Positions 53,817-64,000 of a DNA stretch of 64,000 nt are shown here, piece by piece. The notes under the pieces are model-generated. The model was not told the DNA's origin, searched no databases, and worked only from the letters and a program-made list of their open reading frames with translations. The stretch is from Eledone cirrhosa (Eukaryota): contig OZ024742.1 in assembly GCA_964016885.1 (NCBI GenBank), forward strand, positions 313,782,001-313,846,000, given 5' to 3'. A program made the position numbers and the translations under genes. The first letter of the stretch is position 1. Every line of letters starts with the position of its first letter.

Positions 53817-56367
53817 TATATACACGATGAGTTTCCGCACAATTTTCTTCTACCAAAATTCACTTAGAAAGCATTATAGTAAAAGGTACATGCCAAAGGT
53901 GCCACGCTGTGGTTTATAATATAACTAATTCAATATGCTTGTCACTTCTACTCTCACTACCCCTTACTATGTTACGCCCATGGAACATTCAAAGTCATAT
54001 TTCTAATCCCTCACCCCAGAAGTTGAACTTTCTGGAATTTCCTTTCCATCCACCTTTTTCCAGATGTTTAACCTCAACATCAACTGTATCAATCTCACCA
54101 CTCTTGGCAGACCTTCGAAAGCTATGAGAATTATCATCATCTTGATAAACTCAGAAAAAAAGCTCGACTGGTATCTCCTTTTTAAAAAAAAATGTTCTTT
54201 CTAAAGTATAGCAGACCTGTCAACTCTCCCCGTCCAACGAGGAGATCTCCCACCGACTTTGGGGTGGATGAGAGTTGTCTTCTCTTGTGAAGATGGGTAT
54301 AGCTTTCATTATATAAAACCTCTCCATCTTGCCCCATTTCTCCCTGTTTTGGGACACTTTTTTTCATGGTACTCCTCGTTTGGGTTTTTAGAAGTTAGCA
54401 GATCCTTGTATAGAAAGCACGTTTGTACTAATGTAATTCTATAGCATTTTTTTACAGCATAACAATGAACGCACGGGGCTTAGTTGTTAGGCTGTTTGGC
54501 TGACGATCGTAAGGTTGTGCGCTTCACTCCCTACGGTGCGTCGTAACCTTGAGCAAGACACTTTATTTTATGTTACTCCTGTCTACATAGCTTCCAAAAA
54601 TGAATTGTACCTGTAATTCAAATAGCAAGCCTTGCCACATACTGTATCACGTTGAATCTCCCTGCGAGTTACATTAAGGCTGCACTCGACTGTGGAATGC
54701 TCAACCACTTGCATGTTAATTTGATGAATAGGTTGTTCCATTGATTGAATCGACTGGAACATTCGCCGCCGGAACCGTCGGATGTCCAACAGCAATGTAG
54801 TTTAACAACAAAGGCCTTTTATACAAAAATGACTATTTCTTATATATGCACAAAGCCAGACATATTTTTGGGGTGGGAGTTGAAAAGTCTGTGTTATTGA
54901 TCCTGATACTTGACTGGTACTTATTTTATCGATTCCCCCTAGTATTAAAGATAACATAGACCACGGCGGGATATGAACTTAGCACAAACACAGTTGTAAC
55001 TTCGTTTTTAACATTGGCACAAGGTCAGCAATTCGGGCGGCGAGGAAAGTTGATTATATTGACCCAGTACTTAACGGTACTTTATTTTATTGATCCTTTA
55101 ATGATGGAAAACAAAGCGAACGTCAGCAGATTTTAACTCCGAGTGAAAACAGCCATAACTAAAATACTGTAAGACATTTTGTCAGACACTCTAACGATGG
55201 CAATGATTCTGTTTTGACTCGAGAAAAACAACTGAAAGAATACATCATATCGTCATGTTCCACATATACTTCCAAATATACTTCAATATATACTTCCACA
55301 TATCTTCCACATATATGTATGATTACTATAAATACATTCCATCTTCGCCGTAAAAGATGGCAGACAATAACAACTGAAGAATAGAATAACAAACACAATA
55401 AAAATCAGGACAACTAATAAAAAATAATTGATTTTAATAGGTGTTCTGTTTTGCTTTTTTCTAAATTTAATGCAATGTAGTTTTTAAGAATCATTCTGCA
55501 GTGAGATATTTGTATTAGTTAACCCCACCCCCCTCCAAAAAAACAACAACAAAAAACAAAGCAAAAAAAACAAAACAAAAACAAACGAAAATGAAATAAG
55601 CACATCGTTAGCGTGAAGATAAATATTGCTTGTACTAAATATCTTTTCTAAATCCAAGGCGAGGCGCCAAGTCAGACTAACAAAGAATTGGAGTTAAAAT
55701 AACGATTTCCTACCTAGGCACAATGGCAACTGTTGAGGACAAAGAGTACGATAGACAAAAGCAGAAGAGAAGGGGCATGACTAAAGTAGTTTGTCTGTTA
55801 TTGAACGCATATTTTATTGACACCCCAAGAGGGGTCAAAGGTAATGCTATCATTGGTGTGATTTGAACTCAGAAATACGATGATCAAAATTTTATAAAAT
55901 GTTTCTTATTTTTTTAAATATGATAGTCTGAGGAGATGGAGTAGTGCCCATGGCTACAGCTTTGTTTTTATGTATGAGATGGAAGTCGCGTGGCTTTGTG
56001 ATCAGAGTGTGAACGAGTTCGATTCCAGGCGGCACATTGTCTCCTTAAGCAAGACATTTTATTTCACATTGTCCAGTACACCCAGCTGATAAAAAATGAG
56101 TTGTATCTGTAATTTCCAGCCTTGTCCCAATGGACAAGCCTTGTCACACACTGTGTCACACTGAATCTCCACGACAACTACGTTAAAGATACATGTTTCT
56201 GTGGAATGCTTAATCACTTGCATGCAATTTCATGAGCAGACTGTTCTGTAGTTTGGACAACTGGAACTCTCGTCGTTGGAGTTGACGGAGGTCCTACAAC
56301 ATGTATGAGAGTAACTTCCATCCTTCAAAAAGAATCTTCGGGGAAACCAATTTAATAGAAGTGATTA

Positions 56368-56570
56368 CATGTCTCTTCTATGACATGTTTCTATGACATA
56401 TCTCTTCTATGGCATATCTCTTCTATGACATATCCCTCTAATAACATGCCTCTTCTATAGCATGTCTCTTGTATAACATATCTCTTCTATAACATACTTC
56501 TATGATGCATCTCTTATATGATATTTCTCTTCTATAATATGCCTCTTCTATGACATATCTCTTCTATAAT
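56368..56570. repeat. About 16-bp minisatellite
   Basis: CATATCTCTTCTATGA-like unit, about 12 degenerate copies. Confidence 0.85.
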
Positions 56571-57986
56571 ATGACTTACTATCAAGCCTCTGACAAACGG
56601 CATTCTCTGCTCTTATTTGGACCACAACAACAGATTTAGAGATGGGGCCTCGATATTTGCGAAGTGCTTTATAAATGAAACTAGGTATTGCTCCGAAAGA
56701 AATTTACCACAAACTTAATCCCCTCACTTTAATCCCCTTCTTTACGGCGCCCCTACGACTCCATATGAAAGAAAAAAATGAGAGAAGCTTTCAGAACGCC
56801 TTTGTTATATTTCCTTTTGCTTAGCCCTTGTATTTCCACGTGTTAGTTCTCTATGAAAAATGTGTTTCAGGCTGTAATGTTGAAGCAACAATGCGAACAT
56901 GACCAATGCATGAAACAGCTTTATTTTGGTGTATATAGATACTGATCAATTTATTACCCTTGGAAGACCTTTGTGCTAATTTCTCTGCCCTAGCTCATAG
57001 TTTGAATATATACTGGAAGCTGAAATAAGATAGCGGGGTGTTATTTTAATGGGATTTAGATGTTATTTCGAGTGATCAAGCAGACACTCCCATTGAGATT
57101 ATTCACAAACACGAGTGGATAAAACTACAGCATTCCAGTCCCATAAAATGTCCATGCAAGGTATTCCATTACTGAATACATTATATAAAATTATTTGATC
57201 ATCATGTGTAACCAGAAATATCCAGCTCAACTTTACGATACTTTTGTTTGAGAAAAAGTATGGTTATTCGTAAAGCCTATAATGTGATGTAGAGGTCATG
57301 GTTTTGCTTGGAGCGTTTCACCTGGATTTGCATTGTAACAAAAACCAAATTGGTAATATCGTTAATTGCTGTAGGACATCTTCTAATCTGACGTTTTACT
57401 GTTTCTTTCAACCAGTCACCGATTAAACACAGAGTAAATGATAATATTCTTTTGACTATTATCAAGCCAAACCATCCAAATATATAAAGGAAAAAAATGA
57501 AGTTTTCAGCTTCATGTGTGTTGTGTCAAAGTTTACATGACAGACAAAATATTTCTCCGGGCTATTGATTACGGTTAGAAATGGCAGAGAATGGAAGCTC
57601 TATTGCCAGGAGCTTACAATGTGACAGTCATCTATCATTGTTGTCACTCCATTTACCTTAATAACAACAATGATTTCTAATATAGGAACAATGAGACCAA
57701 TCAGGATATAAAGTAATGTTGATAACGCTGGAATGTGACAGCAGAATATAAAGAGACTTAACAAAACTATATACCACGGGGTATTTTATCCGATGGTCTA
57801 CTGACTGTCAAGGTACCGCTCTCACAAATGATGATTTATTCTATAGACAAAAGACCATACTTTTATCTTTTGGAAGAAAAAGTCTTTTAAATCGATCTCA
57901 GAACTTAACTGGTATTAACTCTGATTTGCCAAAATCATCAATGTTAGAAAGTTTTGAAATCCAAAAGTGAAGAGATGTAATTAAAT

Positions 57987-58610
57987 AATTGTTCCTACTT
58001 TTGACACAAGGCCAGCAATTACCCAGTGCATTACTGGTACTTTATTTTATCGACCCCGTAAGGATGAAAGGCAAAGTTAACCTCGGCGGGATTTGAACTC
58101 AGAATCGCAAGGGCCGTAACTCTATACGTCAAAGCATGGCGTCCGACCCTCTACCGATACTGCCAATTCACCGCCTTTGATGTAATTAAATGCAATTAGA
58201 TGTAATTAAATAATTGTTTCTATTTTAGGCACAAGGCCAGCAATTATCTAGTACATTACTGGTACTTTATTTTATCGACCCCGTAAGGATGAAAGGCAAA
58301 GTTAACCTCGGCGGGATTTGAACTCAGATCATAAAGGGGCGTAACTCTATGCTTCAAAGCATGGTGTCCGACTCTCTACCGATACTGTAAATAATGGTTT
58401 CTGATTTAGGCACAAGGTTAACAATTTATAGGGAGGGGAAAGCCGATTAAATCGACCCCAGTGTGTTACTGGTACTTCATTTTATCGACTCCGTATGGAG
58501 GAAAGGCAAAGCTAACTTCGGCGGGATTTGAACTCAAAACGTAAAGAGGCGTAACTCTATGCCGCAAAGCATATTGTCAGACGCTTTACTAATACTACCA
58601 ATCCCCCGAC
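57987..58610 (-). mobile_element. Cluster of three SINE A-type copies
   Basis: About 57987-58175, 58209-58387, 58390-58610. Confidence 0.85.
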
Positions 58611-59002
58611 CTACTATATTATACACTAATGACAAACGTAAAGACACTGCTAACATTACAGAGGTAAAAATTACAAAGAAAAATAATCATAGAAAATATA
58701 ACTTGTTCGATGAACCGTATGTCCGACACGTGAATTAATGCGTAAGTAACTGAGTGTTCCACAGGCACGTGTACCTCTAACGTAATTTCCAAGCCGAATA
58801 ACACAATATGTGGTATAGCTGGACATTTGTGTTACAGATTCAATTCATCTGACGGGCTTCCATACAGTTTCCGCATACCTAGTTTTACTCACAAGACTTG
58901 GGTCAACCCCAGACTATGGTGGTGATATTTGTACAAGATGTCACGCAGTGGGATCTAACCTAGAACCTCATGATTGCGAAGCAAACGTCTTAACCACTAA
59001 AC

Positions 59003-59152
59003 CAGGTATGGGCAAACTTTTTCGAGCAATGGGTCGCGTAGGATGGGACGGGCCGCAATACTAAACAATTCAAGGCAATTTTTAAATTAGGCATAACATT
59101 CAGTTAGCCAAACGAGTCGCATGCGTCTCGCGGGCCACAGTTTGCCCATGAC
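59003..59152. mobile_element. hAT-type MITE
   Basis: CAGGTATGGGCAAACT ... AGTTTGCCCATGACT terminal inverted repeats. Confidence 0.6.
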
Positions 59153-59912
59153 TACACAAAGCCATGCATGCGTTGACATATACTATATTTACATATCTAC
59201 ACAACCAAATAAAACTACATAAATTAAAGTTCACATTCAATGGACATAGTATATTGCCACAACCAACTCAAGTCTATAGAGTGGTCCCTGTGATTAGAGT
59301 TCAATAAGCTGAATCACCCGTAAACATATACAATACCACTGTCCACTATACAGCACCCACCCACAAAGCATTATCTCCCCTCCTCAATTTCAATAAATAT
59401 TAGAAAAATAGTAATTTTTGTATATACTCATTTTCTCTTTTAAAATATTGATATTAGTTCAGCTAATTCTTCTTTAAAACTTTGATAACTTGATAACAGT
59501 CTTACACACACACGCACACACACACACATATATATATATGTATATATGTATATATATATATACACACAACTTTAATTGCTTTGACTCGTTACATTAAAGA
59601 GAGGCATGAATATTTCCAACTTAATTTGTAAAAAAATGTCAAACCCCATTCATAAGTGTTGCCACATACACACACAAACACACACATATATATGTACACA
59701 TACACACAGACTTAATTGCTTTGACTCGCTACAAGAGTGGCATGGATATTACCAACTTAATTTGTAAAGATATCGGACCCCATTCATAATATTGCCACAC
59801 ACACACACACTCACACACGCGCACACATACAAACATACACACACACACAAACAAACACACACACACATACACATACACACACACATACACACACACATAC
59901 ACACATACAAAC

Positions 59913-59954
<42 letters not shown>

Positions 59955-60044
59955 AGAAACACACGCACTACGCTCACACACACAAACTTCATTGCTTTGA
60001 CACACCACATTAAATAGCTGAATGAATATTCACAACTTAATTTG

Positions 60045-60204
60045 TAAAAACATCAGACCCCCTTCATAATCATTGCCCCCTCCACACCACACACTTCTAA
60101 AAACATCAGACCCCCTTCATAATCATTGCCTCCTCCACACCACACACTTCTAAAAACATCAGACCCCCTTCATAATCATTGCCCCCTCCACACCACACAC
60201 TTCT
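60045..60204. repeat. 53-bp tandem repeat x3
   Basis: TAAAAACATCAGACCCCCTTCATAATCATTGCCCCCTCCACACCACACACTTC. Confidence 0.9.
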
Positions 60205-60867
60205 AGACTATATGTCTACATCTGTGTGTTTATAAGTATTTATGTCATAATTTCGAAAAACAAAGAAAGAATCTTTAGAATGATCGTTCCTAATATCTGC
60301 TGTATTTCTTAAAAAAACTAATAAGGAACAGAAATGACTGTTTAGTAGATCCTTTTAGAATGAAGGATTAAAGGAATTTGGAAGGTTACATTGAAGACAG
60401 AGTCGTCACATTAAAATTATATGAAGGTCATGTGAAGGTCACATTACGTAGAGAATAACGGAGAATGTGAAAGCAGGAAGACAAATCCTTCCGATTTGAC
60501 TGAGACTGGCTGGCATTCGACATAAAAGATCAAATCAATAACATTCTGTCTCAGAGGAATGTACCATTTCTATAGAATTTATTGAAGCAAAATTCTGGAG
60601 AAGATCGAAAATCAATACACGTCGCACACAGACACGCGCACAAACGCATCGTATTTTTCAATATTACATGTACAAACTCGAAGCACATATATACAAATGA
60701 TCATACACACATACTCAAAACATACACATATACATATGTTCATTCTCAAAATACATACATAGACAAATACACATATAGACATACTCAAAATATACACATA
60801 GACAAACCCACATGTTTATAACATACACACAGATAAATCTTCATTATACATAGCCCCCCTCCCATTA

Positions 60868-60901
<34 letters not shown>

Positions 60902-60920
60902 ATATATATATATGTATATG

Positions 60921-61039
<119 letters not shown>

Positions 61040-61085
61040 ACACACACATACACACATATATATATGTATGGAAAGAGAGATAGAG

Positions 61086-61120
<35 letters not shown>

Positions 61121-61379
61121 AAGATGTATATGCGTTTCATTCACGTGACTTAATGCACAGACGAAAGTACACTGAGGCAAACACACACAAACACACACAC
61201 AGGTTCACATGAGGTAACACACCAAACACGTAATATCAAAAAACACTCTGACTCATATGCTTCTCACACAACAGCTAATTTATATATATACACGTGTCCC
61301 TAATTTAATAGATGCTAAACAAAATATAACTAAATATGAATAAATAAAAATCTACTCTTCTCTGTAACACTGCCTAGTA

Positions 61380-61859
61380 CTCAGACCTCAGTGAGGCTCA
61401 GACCTCAGTGAGGCTCAGACCTCAGTGAGGCTCAGACCTCAGTGAGGTGCAGACCTCAGTGAGGTGCAGACCTCAGTGAGGCTCAGACCTCAGTGAGGCT
61501 CAGACCTCAGTGAGGTGCAGACCTCAGTGAGGTGCAGACCTCAGTGAGGTGCAGACCTCAGTGAGGTGCAGACCTCAGTGAGGCTCAGACTTCAGTGAGG
61601 CTCAGACCTCAGCGAGGCTCAGACCTCAGTGTGACGCAGATCTCAGTGAGGTGCAGACCTCAGTGTGACGCAGACCTCAGTGAGGTGCAGACCTCAGTGT
61701 GGCGCAGACCTCAGTGAGGTGCAGAACTCAGTGAGACGCAGACCTCAGTGTGGAACAGACCTCAGTGTGGCGCAGACCTCAGTGTGGAACAGACGTCAGT
61801 GTGGCGCAGACCTCAGTGTGGCGCAGACCTCAGTGAGGTGCAGAACTCAGTGAGACGCA
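61380..61859. repeat. 17-bp minisatellite, about 28 copies
   Basis: Unit CTCAGACCTCAGTGAGG with TGCAG/CGCAG and GTGTGG variants. Confidence 0.95.
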
Positions 61860-61937
61860 AACTTTAGAGAGATGCATTACTGAACTACAAAAAATTACAG
61901 TTTTATGAATATTTGTATTAAAATATCTTAAATATAT

Positions 61938-62127
61938 AATAATTGTTTCTACTTTAGGCACAAGGCCAGCAAATACCCAGTACATTACTGGTACTTTATT
62001 TTATCGACCCCGTAAGGATGAAAGGCAAAGTTAACTTCGACGGGATTTGAACTCAAACCGTAAAGGGACGTAACTATGCTAGAAAGCAGGGCGTACAACC
62101 CTCTACTGATACTGCCAATCCACCGTC
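61938..62127 (-). mobile_element. SINE family A
   Basis: Full-length copy; another at about 62394-62605 (+). Confidence 0.85.
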
Positions 62128-63736
62128 CTTAAATATATAATAATAACCTTCGATCAATAAATAAAACAATATACAATTTTGCCATTTAGCAGTGTGGTGG
62201 AAATATAGAAAGCGGTGAAGAGGGTCGTAAGGTGTTATAATCAATCACATGATTTGACGTAGGTGAGTGAAAACTATGTTGTTGAAAAATAGCAAGCTTA
62301 GCGATTTTCTTATTTTAATCAGAGCCAGAAATGTCAAAAAACAAGGTTTGTCAACTTACTGAACTGTAAGTTTAAATTATTTTGGTGATAGAATGGCAGT
62401 ATCGGTAGAGCGTCGGACCTTTGCTTTGCGACATAGAGTTACGACCCTTTACCTTCTGAGTTCAAATCCCGCCGAGGTTAAGCTTTGTCTTTCATCTTTA
62501 CGAGGTCGATAAAATAAAGTACCAGTAATGCACTGGGGTCGATTTAATCGATTCCCCCTCCCCCTCTAAAATAGCTGGCTTTTTGCCTAAAGTAGAAATA
62601 ATTATTTTATTTGGAAGAAGGATGTGTATAACTTGGAGAAGTGGCACATATTGTAGAGCTAACCAAGGATGCTAAATACGCAGGAATCGGCTTTGGGTCA
62701 GCACAATAAAATAATGGTTACTCAGTAACAACAGCAAAGTTAATGTTGGTTTAGTTGAATTATGGTTCTAACATCAGACATGTCAAATTGTACTAAAAAT
62801 AAAAAAGTGATCTAGTAAACCAACTGTGATGAATGAGACACTACAGATAAAAACAGACATTTAAATATAAAAAATAAGTGATGCAGATATGAAATATTTG
62901 TAAAATTACAATGTTGTTAGAGATTTACATATATTCTACAGTAGAATATGTTTAAATGTTAAAATGTATGATTTGGAAAAATTATCAAATTCATCACTCT
63001 GTCTCTAGTATAGACAGTTAGTATAAAGAGATAGTATAGATTCTATACTATCTCTTTACAACCATACACCCACACATGGACACATACACAAACACATATC
63101 TATACTGAAATATTATTTACATGAATAAAAAAAACCCCAGTAATGTTGATATGGTCTACATTATTCCAGGTAGTGGACGCATGATACAACAGCTTTTCCC
63201 AAAGCAAGGGATAAGCAGATCTATTCATGTGTGAGTTAGCCCAAGAGGAATCAGTAATCACTCCATTTACGAGTTCACAATTATGGAAGTGTTGTTTGCC
63301 TTGCATTGGAAGGAAAAAAAAAAATTATAAGGGGAAATTAGAAATGCTGATGAAAATGTTGAGAGTAGATGTGATAAATGTATCTTTCTCTCTTCTGTAT
63401 ATACACACACATATATAATATAATATATATATATATATATTGCACATGTCACATTGCTAACATATACTTGGTAAGCAATCTGAGACAGGTTTTGTTCCTT
63501 ACAGGTTCATTCCATACTTCTTTGAGTGAGTAATGTATGCAAGCGAGATTATAGTTGATTCTTTAACTCGACAATATATATATATATATATATAAATATA
63601 TATATAATATAATATAAATAATATATTTAAATAATATATAAATAATATATTTCTACTCTCTTTCCGAATGATGCACTGCTTTCCTTTTTCCTTTTCACAC
63701 CTACGAATATTGGTACATAAACATATATATACATGT

Positions 63737-63770
<34 letters not shown>

Positions 63771-63789
63771 GTGACTATACAATATAGTA

Positions 63790-64000
63790 ATAATAATAAA
63801 TTTGAAGACTAAAATCCAAAGAGGGCTCGATAAGTATAAATATATATCAAATATATAAGAACCGGAGAGCAAATATTTATTAAAATAACAGATTAAAGTT
63901 TAAGCAAAGAATCGCTGCTTTCACCCTTAACGGGATCTTCTGAAACAGTTTCAGAAGATCCCGTTAAGGGTGAAAGCAGCGATTCTTGGCTTAACATTTA
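63790..64000. mobile_element. Fold-back element with back-to-back CAGAAGA variant HHRs
   Basis: Palindrome centre at 63947; same family as 41291-42043; truncated by the window end. Confidence 0.75.

Noticed and set aside
61380-61859. CRISPR-like array
   Set aside because: Contiguous tandem units with no unique spacers; eukaryotic context with no cas genes
63023-63058. 17-bp-arm hairpin as a terminator
   Set aside because: Eukaryotic AT-rich DNA; probably a small local inversion
63100-63306. Protein-like short ORF/exon
   Set aside because: No recognisable homology, and splice signals ambiguous on both strands

Overview
Repeat-saturated, AT-rich animal genomic DNA. It is most likely cephalopod (Octopus-like), inferred from the SINE families and the extreme (TA)n/(CA)n content. 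No multi-exon host gene can be supported, only isolated candidate exons. Identifiable coding sequence is all transposon-derived: RTE, Tx1, CR1 and R4/Dong-like LINE fragments, two Penelope-like element (PLE) pieces (RT+GIY-YIG; GIY-YIG C-terminus) and a Helitron helicase end. There are many tRNA-derived SINEs, MITEs and mini/microsatellites. Most long ORFs in the track are microsatellite artefacts. The most notable pattern is a set of about 10 unrelated short elements in or beside (TA)n tracts. They form long fold-back palindromes and carry type I hammerhead ribozyme (HHR) motifs readable by eye, including a recurring CAGAAGA core variant, U-U closure of helix II and large helix II insertions. 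One family is physically linked to a PLE GIY-YIG ORF, and several palindrome centres fall inside the ribozyme. A MULE-like MITE carrying two convergent tRNA-like Pol III units is also present. All structures were read manually and coordinates are approximate.
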